Shown here: one piece after another, positions 12,901-27,900 of the stretch | How the letters are laid out: each line of letters begins with the position of its first letter | How positions within the stretch are numbered: position 1 is the first letter of the stretch | Origin: Phoronis australis | Lineage: Eukaryota; Animalia; Phoronida | DNA length: 64,000 bases | Assembly: GCA_002633005.1 (NCBI GenBank) | Contig: NMRA01000680.1 | Location: 11,913 to 75,912 of the forward strand | Direction of reading: 5' to 3' | The notes under the pieces: generated by a model | Told to the model about the DNA's origin: nothing | The model's database searches: none | Seen by the model: the letters and a program-made list of their open reading frames with translations, nothing else | Program-made: the position numbers and the translations under genes

Positions 12901-15900
12901 CGGTCTGTCGGCGGGATAGGAGTGTAAGCTGCTTACCTTTAAAGTTAGGTTTGACATGTTTACAGCACTAATTTTACCTAGTCAACGAAATAAACGCGAC
13001 TGAATTTTGTAGACGCAAGAATCTCTCCGAGGTAGATCACGTACTTCGCTTTTAAAACCTTCACACAATTGTCATAAATACTTGAATTCGATTACCAACA
13101 TTTTTGTATGATATTTTAAACATTTCCTTTTCAAATTATGTACTATTAATCACGAAATAAACGCAGTTAGAAAATTAAATGTTTCGTGTGATGTCATCCG
13201 TGGATCCGGTCTACGCCATTGTTTTATATTACGCCAGCCGCAAGCCGTAGTGGTCTAGAGAACTGATTTCCAGTGAGTATTATGAAAAGATGCATGTGCG
13301 GAGGATGCATCAAAACGAAAACGGGACAAACAAGATTTCAGCTTTTGCGTTTCTAAAAAGACCCCAACATCGCCCTGAAGCGGCATAGGTTCGTGTGTAA
13401 TCGGACACGGGTATGGCAATGCACGGTGAAACAAGTGATCAGCTTCAGGGGCTTCGCTGTGCTCAGCCCATTTTGAAGAATCGCGCTTCGATACGTTGCA
13501 GAAACGGACATTTGGTGAGGGTTTCTCGTAGGTACGTTCTGGTGCAAAGACTTGCTACGATCAATGGTTCTGCGAAAACACTTAATTCTGAACTGTGTCG
13601 TTTGGCAAATCGAATTGTTTAGTATTTTCAGGTGCCCACTTTTCCAAAAAGAAATTCCACCCACGACGAACGAAACAATGTGAAATTTGTCTTGCTTATG
13701 TGTCTTTGTGTAATAAAAAGACATGAGATCTTCATAGAAATTGATATGTGTGGGCTTTTTAGTCGGTGACCGCAGATTTGGAAATGAGTCCTGGTACAGA
13801 CCACAACCAACTATCTTTTTTGGTCTTAACTTATTCTGTGATTTGCTTTCAAAGATCAACAAATGGAATTATAATAACTACTTGCAATTCCATTATCATA
13901 AATCATAACTCTACGAGTTTGCAACGAAACGTACGCAATAGTTGTCGAAACTGAGTGCGCTGAGATCGGTTCCAAACTTCGGGTGGTCAACATTTCCCGA
14001 TAGTAAGGCTATGCACTTATATGTAAGCGATCAACACGCGGAATGATTTTGTTCAGAAATATTGTGCAGAATTACAAATTATGGTAACTGTTAAAAACTG
14101 GAGTTGTTTTAAATATGCCATCAATTCTCGGTCCTCGTTAGTCGGCTACAGAAGGCGGACTCAACTGACCAGAGTTGTAAAGATGGCCAAGGTAATTTCT
14201 AGAGTGACGCAAGCGTAATGAAACCGCAGACAATTAGTTTGAGGAACTGTTTCAGTAAAAGTACATTCTCTATATTAGGTCACAAGTTCCTGTAAACATC
14301 TTAGTAGTCGGTGTGGATATAATTTGTGCATTTATAACAAAACTTTTTCGTTTGATTCGAATTAGATTTCAACCTGTTTTTGTTGGGGACTTTATGTACA
14401 TGTATGCAGTTGGCCTACATGTATTGATCACGACCCAGATTAAAGCCTAACTTCAACGGAATTTGTTATTTTAGATGTATAAGGATAACCAAATTGTCCT
14501 AGCGAAGCCTTAGCAAAATATTAAAATACCTGTATGATCACTAAAATGTTGGCCCATCAAATGATAAGTGAAGTTGCCCTTTCGTGCCATACTGCGTCAC
14601 CGCGAGACCCCAGCACAAGCAACAAAAGACCGATAACAGTTGTATTAAATAGAGGTCTGAATAGAACCCAATTGCGTGGATGCGTTATTCGAAAGAAAGG
14701 TGAATTTTCTCGCTGTGACTTAGGCAAGTGGTGGCCAATAAGCCGAACATCTTATTACCTTTGGCAATTTATGGGGGCTCAGAACGATGTTCTTAGCATA
14801 CTGTAGGAGCCAAATTTACAGGTGTTACCGTTCAAGATAGTCTTTGAAACTAGCGAAGAATACATGTAAAAATAGCCGCTTGATTACCGTGCGTCGGAAC
14901 TTTCCTCGGTACATCTTTGCTGAAAGTTTGTAGTTTTCAAAGCAGTAAACTGCCTTTTCTCGAACATCGACTATGGTCAGTGTTTTTGATACCCCAAATG
15001 AGCGAGCTCAATCAAATTTACCGCTGTACATGCGAATTTACTCCACTTGGAGACTGTACAACAAGAGTGGGAAACATTGTCGGCCTCTACCATTCATCCA
15101 ATTTTATCTACTTTCTCGTATTCAATGGCATATTTCAAGGCGTATTCAATGACCATATTCGCACAATTATGGGAAAATGTATCCCATATATGTTAAAATG
15201 TGGATTTTGTATACGTTACGTTATGAACTGTGATATAGGGAAAAGGAGAGTCAATCCGTATACCACGGTAGAGGCCGTGTTCAACGGTAGAATCCCTTCA
15301 CAGTAGGTCTGCAGTCTGCTGGTGGAGTAAATTCACGTGTATTACACCAAATTTGATTGGGTTCAATCATTTGGGTTACCAAAAACATTGATGCCAGTCG
15401 TGGCTACTAAAGAGGCAGTTTTACTGCTATAAAAACATGTAAACAATTCATCGATGAAAATTCCGACGCGGGGTGATCGGGCGGGTAATTCTGGTACTCG
15501 CTGCAGCTTCAATCTGGACCATCGTAAACGTCAAGCTAAATAGCGTCCCCTGCCAACAAAATCAGCCAAAAATCTAATTCAAATTTTACGAAAACGTTTG
15601 CTTATGGAGTGATAGTTAAGGTCTTTATCCCATACGCATTGAATCTGTCGCGCGAAATACGGCCATTTAATATTTTTCCGTATTCACCTCCCGCACTACT
15701 TCAACAGTGACCTCTGACATGGAAAGTTCAAAAGGTAGGTCAATGTCGACTCGACGTCGTTAGCCTATTCGATCTCCAAACTTTCGGAAATAAAGTAATA
15801 GAATTATAGCAGTGTAAATAACCCTCAACTTACAATTTGGTCTCAATCGTAACATCTGGAACTGGACTGTTAATCATATGACAGTTCTGTCTCAGTTTTC

Positions 15901-18900
15901 ATTTGCTAAATATTTTTTCGTCTGCAACTCAGGCGCCGATTCCTCGGTAACTACAATATCGAATTGTGTTGTTAGTTAACTATTTTCAGGACATATTACA
16001 AGTTCAATGAAAAGTTACCCTTGTTTTCATCTTTGTTATCTTTTCACAAGTAATAAATCGTCATATTTAAAATCTTGTATGAAAAAGTGGCAGCCTAACG
16101 CCCAAGTATATACATAAAGGATGTCATCCGCCACGTGAATAGTCTGAGTGAAGTATTAACAAAATCTGAGGGCAGAAAAAATGAAAGAAACTTAGGAATT
16201 CGAAGCGTATGAGATAAATACAAAACGTACCTCGATTGGCGTACATGAAGTAACATTCCACTCGACATTATTCCACCTATAGTATACGCGTACGCGCAAT
16301 AATGTCTCGTGGAATATTACTCCATGTACGCCACTCTCGGCACGTTTTGTGTATTTGTTAGGAACTGCAACCTAATATCCAGTAAGTGTTTTTACTGACA
16401 CGATCGTCTGCTCACTGCGTTCAACTCTCCGTCGCTGCCGGTCGAAGCGTAAAATCTGCTTTTTGCAATACAGTGCTTACCTCAAGTTCAGCAAATCAGC
16501 AGAGTTTTCACCGTTATTTTCCAATGCTGTGATCAACACGGAGAAACGTTTCTATTACTATTTACACTCCAAAAGCTAAGGCACGAAAACAGACGAAGAA
16601 AACTAAGAAATGCATCGAAGCCGAAACATTCAACAACTGTTCCGGGAATGTTTCAAGTTCATATTCCCGGATGGATTATATCTAAGTTTCTGTTAAACTT
16701 TTGATATTATTGAAAGATTCAGTGCTTTGACTTGTATATTTCACAAGCTGAAAAATCTAAACAATTTGTCAGCAAATAAATTTTTATTGGTTATTGCACG
16801 GATCAGTCTTGTCGCTTAAGCCGCTTGGGTACCGTACAATGTACATGGCATACACTGTACATATGACGTCACATAACAACAAACCAGAGCACACGGCAAC
16901 AGGTCTTTGCGGCGATGATGCAAATACGTCCATATAAATGGGATAAATAGGTTATCCCAGATACATAGGAAAACTACTGCGATATCATATCCTGTCTTGT
17001 TGGGACATTTCCAGATGAAATGAATTCTCGATAGGATATGGCGGTAGTATTCCTGTGTATGTGGGATAACCTATATTTGTGACTTGCAAGGAGCTGGTGT
17101 TTGACTCTGTGAAAAAATGAGGTATTGAATCATGTTGAAACTGACTGAGGTGGTTTATAACGCCTTGGAAGATGACCTCTGTTTCAAACAGAGGATGGAT
17201 TGCGATTGTTTGGTCTAACAGTGCCATCATACCAAATACATGGCTACTTGATTAGAAAAATAAACTCACTTTATGGTTTAAGTTTCATTTACATACGTAC
17301 GATAATGTGACAAGCTGGGATTTTACCTTGGCATTATCATGTAGGATGGGTAATTAGCTGCAATCAAATTAAAAAATTGCGAAGTAACGTAGGTATCAGC
17401 CAAAACTAAGTAAGCTAATCGCAACCGCTCACTGTGAGACTTTGACCTGACAGAGCTGATGCATCGAACATACTAGCTATTCACCTCACTGTCTCCAAAG
17501 AATAAAAAACACGGTTCATTTAATTTTTCACAGACGAGATGCAAAGAATTGGCCACGGTGTAGACAAGTGCCCAAACACTGCATCCCTGAAAGCCCGTAA
17601 ATCAGCCTTTGTAATAGTAAGAAACAACACGCAGTAAGAGCAAAATATAAATAAAGATTGTCTAAACTAAATACTAATTATATTGTGATTTTGTGATTTC
17701 ACTTCCATCAGCACTTTGGTGTGCTTTCACGCTTTATACTGTACATCTTCAGACTTTGCGTATCAGAAATTCTAAAATCCAGAATGTGGCTCCGTCACGA
17801 CCAAAAACTTCGGCAGAATTTGCTAGCGTCGACTGGCGTACAACCAAACTCAATCAAACATAAGCAAACTCCACGTTTGCTAGTTTTAGCAAACGAAAAT
17901 TTGGTAGATTTTGTCAGCTTAGACCGGATTGCACGGGCAGTTGAAATAGCGTACCAAGACAGTGGCGGATCTTACTAGGATATCACAAGGGGGGCCAACT
18001 TTTTGTCTTTAAACATTTGCTCAACTCACGACCTGGCGGATACAGCGCGCGTGCTTTACCACTGCACCACCACGAATTGACTCCTTATTCGATATTAAGA
18101 GACCTACTTGTTTATGGTCCACAACGTTTGCTCCCGAAACCTTTTTGTAATGCTTATTACATGTTTTATATTTTGTGCAATCAGTTCGTAACAAACTTGT
18201 ATTTAAAATAGTCTTCAATTGCCCAATAGACCAAATCCGTTTTTTGTGTTCGCAATAATGACGCGATTGCTTTGGAAATCGTCTTAAGTTAAGGTTTGAC
18301 AAAGAGAGAATTATGAGTTTCTGAGTGATTCACTAAGGCTTCGATTAAAATTGACATCTTACCAGCAGCTTCTGTTTTTTTCATTATCACAAAGATTCCA
18401 TTTTCTTCAAAAAATGAAGTAATTTTTTTTCATTGCACAGTAGAGCAGACGACGGACACGGAGTCATAGTGCCCAGCGCCACTGCCGGTCGCCTGAGATA
18501 TCGCGGGAGAGCCTATACGCAGCCATGGTTCCGTATTGCTCCGTGTTCCGAATTTGACACTTGAAATTGGATCTGAGCCTCCCCTCCCAAACACTAAAAC
18601 TGCACACAATTAAATCATGTTTCAGTCGTATAATTTTAATTACCGGGGTTAATTAATAATAATAAACTTAACGTTTCCCTACGCTCTTGTTGTTTTATTT
18701 TTTGCGGCAGCCAAAGGGGGGGGGGGGCCCTGCCCCCCCTCAATCCGCCTAGGCAAGATTAACGCTTTACGTTCTGCCCAACGCCTAACAGATCTATCCA
18801 CATGCTCGTAAAGCATGCATTGTCCTTTTCATCACTGAAACGAGTATTCCGTGGATCCAAAAATGCAAATTCCTAGACCACAAACAATCGAAGCACCCAT

Positions 18901-21900
18901 GATTTTCTTTTCAAATTAGCGATACCACTTACTTTCTTCAACAGTTATTGTACACACTTTGCGAGCCGTGATGGTATCCCCATCAACAGCGTTGCTAGCT
19001 TCGCAGGTAAACTGGTGGTCGCCGATATCATTTTTTGTAACTTCTGTAAAATATAATAATTAAATTAAATGAGCCTGAAATTACTTATGGTCTATATTTT
19101 AACAAGTCATGGTAACCTCAACGACGTCTGAGATACCGTACAGCCTAAACTGAACAAGAAGCATGATAAGTGGTGTCAATTTTCAGCGTAAACCAAAACT
19201 GGTTTTTGACAAAACGCTCTAACGACCGAAAGTGAACAGAGTTTGCCGTAAGTGAGCATAATTACTACGCTTTCCCACCTGTTATAGATTGGCAAAACTG
19301 AGCGAGGTGATGAATGAAGCCCGGTTATGAGATATATGAGGGTCTAGAAATCCTGCAATGTCAATACGGACTTATTTACAGTAAGTTAGAACCATACCGT
19401 TGGTTTGAAAAAAAACCTGGAATGTTTGTAAAATGATGTGTAGTGAAGTTACATTACATTGTTGCTGCACTTTCACCTATGCCTTTCCGGTGTCCGGAAT
19501 CTAAAGGAAACGATGTTCAATTTGACGTTACTTGAAAAATGTAAAATATATCGAATCCATGCGCGCACTCAAAGGGGGCTTGGGAATCCCTACATTTATG
19601 GAGAAGTGGGGAAAAAGGTCCGCGTCAGAGAAACAAAAATGTAAAAGACGAGACAAAAGTTCATTAAAAAGCCAGGAACTACCAAAATTCGGGAAATGCA
19701 CAATTCATAGCTCTGAATATACCCTGTGAATCTTAGTAAAAGGTCCTCATTCTCAAAAATTCGAGCCCCCCATTTTTAGGCTGGGTGCGCGCATGGAATA
19801 TATTTGTTCCTCAACCGTTCACTGTGATGACAGACGATTTTTTGGGCTTCTAGGTCAAAAACCTATCCCAAGCTTACACCGCTTCTTAAGAAATTCCTAG
19901 TCTTATAGTCCGATCAACTATTGACAGAAATAATTTAATCTCACCTAAGCAAAAGTATCAAGTCTTTGAGAGTGCAAAGTCTACCCATAACAGCTTGCTA
20001 TTTAAATAATTTGTATAAATTATTTGAAAGTTGGGACTTGTATATAATGGAATCTTCTTCTTCTTCTTCTCGTTCGTCAAATGGTCAAATGTGTTCTGCC
20101 AATGAATGCTGCAGTCCTCTGCAGGTCATCTAGGCTGTCGTAGAGTTTCTTGTCAAGCGCGTGGGGGAGAGCCACACCTCTTTTTTCTTTTAGTCATACA
20201 ATGGGCATGTCTGGAGGATGAGTTCCGTGGTCTGGTTGTCCGAATCGTATGGACACAGCTCCGAGAGGCCAATACGGAATTTGTTTAAAGGTGTCATCTG
20301 AGCCGATTGAGGCCAGTCCTCAACCTAAAAATTCTTGACATCTTATAGTATGGATCGGTTATGTTGTACTTTGGATGCAGGTGGTTCCATTTTTCTTTCT
20401 GCCCAGCCTTGACGATGGTCTTGGCTTCACTGTACCTGGTGCCTCTTTCTACCAGTTGGTTTTGTGCTCCTTGCTTTGCAAGTGCGTCTGCCATTTTACT
20501 TCCGTGCACATTACAATGTGAAGGAATCCATTGCAGAGTCATATTGTGATTTCTGCACAGGGAGGTCATTAATTCAGGATTTTTCCAGACTTCAGTACAT
20601 GGAGGACAGATAGTGCATCGGTCAGGAAAACAACCTGTTTGGATGTATGGGGGCTGTCCTTCACATGATGTACTGCAAATGTCAATGCTTCTACCTCAGT
20701 TCTGTAGTTTGTCGAGTACACGCCTGTTGACATGCTAAATTGTTCCTCTCTTACCTCTGGATATTGGATATACGCACCAGCTCCCCCGTTCCTGACTGCA
20801 CATACCGCAGAGCCGTCTGTGTATACACATGTCCATTCCTTTTGGGAATAGCTTTTGTAGATGCTCCAGTGTGAAGGCTCTCTTTTCTATGCTGCTCTGT
20901 GTATCTGAGTCCAACNCCAGCCTTGACGATGGTCTTGGCTTCACTGTACCTGGTCCCTCTTTCTACCAGTTGGTTTTGTGCTCCTTGCTTTGCAAGTGCG
21001 TCTGCCATTTTACTTCCGTGCACATTACATTGTGAAGGAATCCATTGCAGAGTCATATTGTGATTTGTGCACAGGGAGGTCATTAATTCAGGATTTTCCA
21101 GACTTCAGTACATGGAGGACAGATAGTGCATCGGTCAGGAAAACAACCTGTTTGGATGTATGGGGGCTGTCCTTCACATGGTGTACTGCAAATGTCAATG
21201 CTTCTACCTCAGTTCTGTAGTTTGTCGAGTACACGCCTGTTGACATGCTAAATTGTTCCTCTCTTACCTCTGGATATTGGATATACGCACCAGCTCCCCC
21301 GTTCCTGACTGCACATACCGCAGAGCCGTCTGTGTATACACATGTCCATTCCTTTTGGGAATAGCTTTTGTAGATGCTCCAGTGTGAAGGCTCTCTTTTC
21401 TATGCTGCTCTGTGTATCTGAGTCCAACCCCAGGTACGGAGCACTCTATTGCTGGGATGATGTCTTCGCTCCAGCTTGGTGTGTCAGAGCATCGAGGAAT
21501 ATTTCTTGGCTCCTGTTCATTTGTATATCCGTGTCTTTGTTCTAACCTATTGTATACGCGTATGAAGCTTCCTCGTTTTAAGCGTCCTTTAGTTGGCTGG
21601 GTCAGTCTTCTCTTCATGGGGTGGTCGTGTAGCCTTCTAAATTTAGCTGCCTGAGTGAGAAGTTTGGTGTCCCTACGATCTTCCTGGAACTAGATTCCCG
21701 TGATTGGTTCCATGTCCTGGATCGGAGTGGATTTCATGGCGCCAGTGATGGTGCAACTGGCCTGCTTTTGAACCTTGCTTCTTCCTTCAAAGTGTGCCTT
21801 GGCTGCATTTCCCCATGCTGTTACAACATACTCCAGTACTCGTCTGACTCTACCAGTGTAGAATTGCTTGAGTGTTGTTGTATCTGCCCTCCATGTTGCG

Positions 21901-24900
21901 CCTGCTAGTTTCCTCATGACGGCTAGTCTTGCTTTCCCTTTTCTGTAACTGTATTTGGCTTGCACATTCCATGTGAGTCGTTTATCAAAAGTCACTCCAA
22001 GGTAAGTTGAATCTTCTTCAGCCTGCAGTATCTCGCCGTAGATTCTCAGGGTGACCTCTTGGTTTCGTGTTGACAGAACAAAAACGTTGTATGTGGTTTT
22101 TTAGTGTTGATCTTCACAACCCACTCTACATTCGCCATTTGGCAGTTACCATGACCTCTTCTGAGCACCAGAGGACAAGATCACCTGCATAGATGGCTCC
22201 TTGTGTTCGGCCTGGTAGGTCCTTGACTATATCGTTAATGAAGACTAGAAATAGGGTGGGACTCAGGACTCCTCCCTGAGGGACCCCTTCACTCAGTGTT
22301 TGCTTTCGACTAAGTGTTCCATCAACTTGGACTCTGGCATTTCTATTGTCTAGGTATTAAGAGACCCATTGAAAGATATTACTTTTCACTCCGTTCTCAT
22401 GCAGTTTTAGTTACAGTGCATCTTTATAAACGGCATCACAAGCCCTTTCAACGTCTATCCACACTGTCAGTATGCGTTACTTATCCTGAAAGCCACCTTT
22501 GATTTTTGGGCAATGGATGGTACTGAAAAGGAGGTTTGAGTAATCGTGCAGAAGAACCTAGAGAACACGCTTTACAAAGGTGGCACGAAAGAACTGTTGG
22601 GTGCGTTTGCTCTGCTTTATAGTTGTGCGGAAAAATGCTTTCAGGCTTGTCCATGCCCAGTAAAACTCGGACTACCGATGGGATGGGTTTGTTCGTAAAG
22701 ATTTATAATTGACATCAAAGCATTTTCTTTTAGTTTCAAATCTCATAAAACGGTCTGTAAACTGCTCGCAACTTCGTCAATTATTCTTCCACAAGTCAAA
22801 GCACGTCTCCTTATTTGGTATGGCAAGTCATAGACGTACCACATTCCCCTTACATGGAAAATGTGACCTGTGACCTCAGGTGACTTCAACCAACTGACTG
22901 TGAGCGCATGCGCACTTTAGCATAAGTGGGAGATAAGAAACTCCGTGGTAACAACTTAGCTTTTCCTTCACGCGTATTTCAAAAACCGTTAATTTTGAGG
23001 AGCTTTTGTGTTCCATGCCTCCTTAATGGGCTTGGCCAACCCTAAACTGAGACATGTATTAAGAGATAGCTGTAGCTTTAATAGGTGAACGAAATGTAGT
23101 GAGGAATATTATGAAACCAATTTGATGGGGGTGCAGTAAAAGGTCTAGGACAATTTTCTCACTTACTGGGTGGATCAGGTTATCGCACTTGGGACTGTGT
23201 GGTGAACATGTACATGCCATATTTTACTATATGCACCTCCAAGGTCTTGTACACGAACTCCCAAAGTTTTGTTACAAAGTAAACATGTTTGGCCCTAAAA
23301 CAAAACCCGCACTCATTCACTATGGTCGGTGTTTTGAATGGGGCTATTCGAAAATCTTTACATTACTAGAGCGCGCTTATCTACTAGTGGTGATAGATTA
23401 AGCAGCCTCGGTTTCGCGAGCCATTTCATACATGGTGAAATGGCTTGCAGCCTTGCCATCTGAATCGAAGATTGCGTGAAAAGGGTGCTTCTACGAGGGG
23501 AAGTAAGCATGACCTTATAGAAAAGTAAGAGTTGCGATTATTTTAACGATTATTTGATGTTTACAATACTGACGCCTATTAACAGAGGTACTGGCCGATG
23601 TCGACTTCGCGGCAGTCGCCAGTCTGGTTAATCATTGTTTGTTGTGATGTGTGTTGCGATACTTGACGTAGCACTCGGGATCTTTTCGTACATCAAAGCA
23701 GTATTATTGATGTTTGGAATGATTTCTAACAGGTTTATCAGAGACAGTTACATCAATCAATGCTGAATGATTGTGCTGTCAACTCGATATTGCTTAGTGA
23801 GGAAAGGTTACAATCCAAGCCCAAATGATAGGTGACAAATATCCTTTATATTATTTGTTTACTCCATATCCTACGTCGTCTGGAAAACTATTACACGATG
23901 ACATGGAAATATATCACGTCTGTGTTCACCTGACCTTTGGTTTTCAGCTTTGAGGGCTAGTATCGTGCAGACGAGATATGCATGGGTTCTGCAACCGTCA
24001 CTGAATGGACCAAACTTGGTTTTAAGCTGTTGACTGCAGCTAACCAGCAAAATGTTCCTGTTCAGTGCAAATCTGTTGTCAAAGCCTTCTTTCTTTATCG
24101 GAGAAAAGAAAAAAACCGTTGAAAAGGGACATCTATTTAAAGAAAGGCATGTAACTTTGTAAATTTACTTATTTATTTCCTTAGCGGAAGGTTAGCGGGG
24201 GTTTGGGGTTGTAAAACTTGGTGCAACTGAGTGTCCGAGGATCGAGTATCTTGAGGCAATTCCTGAACTTCATAAAGTTCGTTCCAGTTTCACGAAACTG
24301 CTTTGCTATCCATTGTAAAACCATAAAAGTATATTACATTTTCTGAATTCTCAATGACTGAACATTCTTAACTCTTGCCTTGAAATGTTGCAAAACGTTC
24401 ATAAATTCATATGACTTTAGTTTTTGTGAAACTTGTATTTTTGCTGCAAACATACGAGTGAGGTCGTATTTGAACATATTATTCTTACTGCCAATGCGCA
24501 AGCAATGGTGCCTTACTATTTTAAGTACTCTTAAAGAACAGAAAGGTCATCCGCCTCTTTTTAAACGACACGAGTCTTTATATCTTCGATTAGAAGAAAA
24601 ATAAAAAAGCTGAGAAACGTTTCCCTCAGCCTTAGACCAGAAGTTTGCTTGAGGGAACCATGAACTTGTAATCGGTGTTTAAAATTGTTGAAAGTTCAAA
24701 AATTAAAGGGCTTTAAAATGGGTAACAAAGGTTTGAAGTTATCTTGCATGTTTTGCAGACAAGTAATGCGTTTAAACAATTGTTATGGCTAGGAATGAAA
24801 AATAAAGACCCAGGTTTATACAATACTCATTATATACACACTTGCTTTCTGGAAATAATAATTATTTAATTTTGTGTGACCATGTAGAGCAATTACCATA

Positions 24901-27900
24901 TCATATTTTTGAAAAACGGGGCAACATTTTTGGCCCAACCTGAAGTATTAGTACTTTATTATTCATGTTTCAATATTTGTTCCAGGTTCAGAGACATTTA
25001 AGGCCATTTCAAGCAGCAACATAGACCAGTTTTGCTACTCCTTTCTATTCCCACAGCATGTCCACAATCCAGCAGTGCTACATGGAGAAATCTTAATGGC
25101 AGTGCTAAGTTACCATAAGAAAATATGCCCATGGATTATTTGTGTGTGAGGAGGAACTATATCTGACTGCTACACCAGCCAACCTCATTGGTGAGGATGC
25201 CCTTTCACGACAGTGAGTCATATGTGGACAACAATAGCTTATTTCGTTTCCTGGAAAAAACATGAGGGACTGAAGCTAAAGAAGACCTAGTAACAAACTG
25301 GTCTGTTTCCAGGTCAGATTTTAGTCACAAAGAGAGTCAAGTGATATGCTGTTGTGTTAACCTGAAAGGATCTAGTTGTGGATGTTATTGAGGCTGAATG
25401 ACATTACATGAAGGAAAGCCACTTGCCGAAACTGGACCTTTTTACAAGCGCTTCTATAGGCTATTGAAAATAGATCCCAGTGCAATGAAAACCAAAAGCA
25501 TCTGGTATAAATACCTGTCTTTTCTCACTGAGTGACAGAAGAAAGGCTTTATACTAATGGTAAACACTTTTCAATTTGGTATACATGATACGGAAATGAC
25601 ATTCAGTGACTGTATCGGTTGTCTTATTGTCAGTAAAAAGCCAGGAAATGTTACACGTTGATGGTCGAATAAATTTTTCAACAACAGACAATTTGTTACT
25701 AATTATTCAAACCACAATATTTTTTGTTTTAAAGTCCCATATAGTGAAGTTGTGCTGCTTCTTTATAAAGCTGAAATGATTACTGATTACACTTGCGAAT
25801 TGTCATTTTCCTGTTGACCTATAGAACGGTCCGGGGATCAAAACGAAGCATTCCCTTTGTTTGCATTTGATTTGTTTATGTGTGTAACAAATTTTACAGA
25901 ATTTTTAAGAAGACCTTTGAAGAGTTTTGAATCTTGTGTTAACTTGTCTATAACAAAAATTCCACATGCAAGCAAAGTATGTTTTCAATCATAGCTAGCT
26001 GGATAAGAATTTGCTTTGCAGAAGATTCGAGAATAAACAATCAGTGCATTTAAAAACAAAATGGCAAACTGAACAACCACATACAGAGGAACAGCGTTGT
26101 TAAAAACAATTGCAATTTTGTCAATGCAACAGAGTCCAGTATCAGGGATATCAAGAGCTGACTTTCTGGAGAGAGATGTTCATTTCTCTCATGTTATCTT
26201 TGAAGGACTGCTTTTCGCTTTGTCGACAGGTAAAATAGATTGTAAGGTGGCTGGTTTCAGTCGTTTTCTTTCACCTGTAACAGAATAGTCAGAGAAATAT
26301 TAGCAAATTATGAAAGAAAACAAGACAATAAACTACTTTTGTAAGGCAGAAGATACTTGACATTTCATTTTCATGTTTATATGTAGAAACTAATAATCTT
26401 TTTACCCAAGTCTTATTTGAGATCTGAATTATAATATGTGAAACAGGCTAAACGTGATTTAAGAATATGTTTTTTGCAGGACACCTAAATGTGTGTCTGA
26501 GCTCAACGAACAAAATTCATTCTATGTGTCAATTTTTATTCTAATGCAATGTTACAGATTTACCGAATAGGTAATTCATGTCAATTCGCTAACTCAGTAA
26601 TCTGGTGGTACTGTACGGTGGAGTCCGCTATAAAATAAGGAAACTCACTCACTTAGAGAATTTTATTGGACATTGCATAGTTTTGAAGAGTACCTGCTGT
26701 GAAAAAGTCACCCTTGACTTTTGAGCGGCACTTCCCATACACCTCTTATGTTGGAAGCACTTCCAGCCAGGACAATATGTGAATAAGCTGCTAGCCTATC
26801 ATCCGGGTAACGGGTGAGTTTCTGAAAAGAAACACTTAGTTCCACTGAATAAACCCGTTATTCAGTAGAGTAACTGGTAGGGATAACATCACTGAACGAT
26901 GTCGATAGAAACTAATTGTTAAAAACTTACCAATTAATATGATTATGTAGTTTCTCAACGGAAATGCATAAAACACACACTGGGCGTGAGGCTTCGGTAT
27001 TCACACACTTTTTGTCACCTGGTTGACCCTTTTGACCGCAATTCTACACGCCTGTAGTAAACTTAGGTCTTTTGTGAATTTGTGACCACCTATCGAAGAT
27101 TTGCACTAGGAAAATAGCAATAAGGCTTAGCGAGACAACGTATTTTGGTAACATTTCCGCCTTTTTACCAGCTGTTTACGTGCAGACAGCGACGCATGCG
27201 CAATTCAATCACCACTAGTACAGGAGCGACACCGCGAGGAGAATTCGTCGAATAGCTCCATTATAAAATGACTGAAATTTTGCAGCACGTGCATGATGGC
27301 TTCATTTTGACACCGTTGTCACAAATCTTTGATACGAACAACCAAAGCAAGTGTAGTTACGAAAATTTCTGACTAAGAACTTTTGTATAATAAAGATGGG
27401 GTGCAGTTACCGTGGCGACAGCAATTAATGCCTAAACTTTTATTTGAAAAGAACGCCAAACCTAATACACCAATTTCCAAGCTTCATAAATTGAACATAT
27501 TTTGTACCTTTATTGTAACCAGTTCCGAAGTTTCCCTCCAGATTTTTCTACCAATGGTACAGTAGGAGCCTCTTTCGTTATCTGAATAGTGATATTGGCA
27601 GTACTAATTTGGTTACCCTAATAATTTTATAAAACTTCCCCGTTAAGTTCAAAGTAACATTCTAAACGCGTAACGTGTTCCGGTTTAAAAAGTGACCACT
27701 CCTCGTAAAACTGGGTACCGAAGTAGTTGGTGGCTGGCATCTCTAGGTGTGCCACCAAAGCAGCGAAATCCACTGCGACATTGGTGACGATTAGAGAGAG
27801 GGTGGAACTACTGGCGATAGGGAGGAATCCGAATTTTTGTTCAAAAATGGGCAAACGTTTGGAGAAGTCGAATTAGTTTGTTCCACTTTCCCCTATTTTG

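Noticed and set aside
20403-21428. Near-identical 512-bp tandem duplication of the LINE RNase H region
   Set aside because: The copies meet exactly at the N at 20916 and differ by only a few bases; most likely an overlapping contig or haplotype join, not biology.
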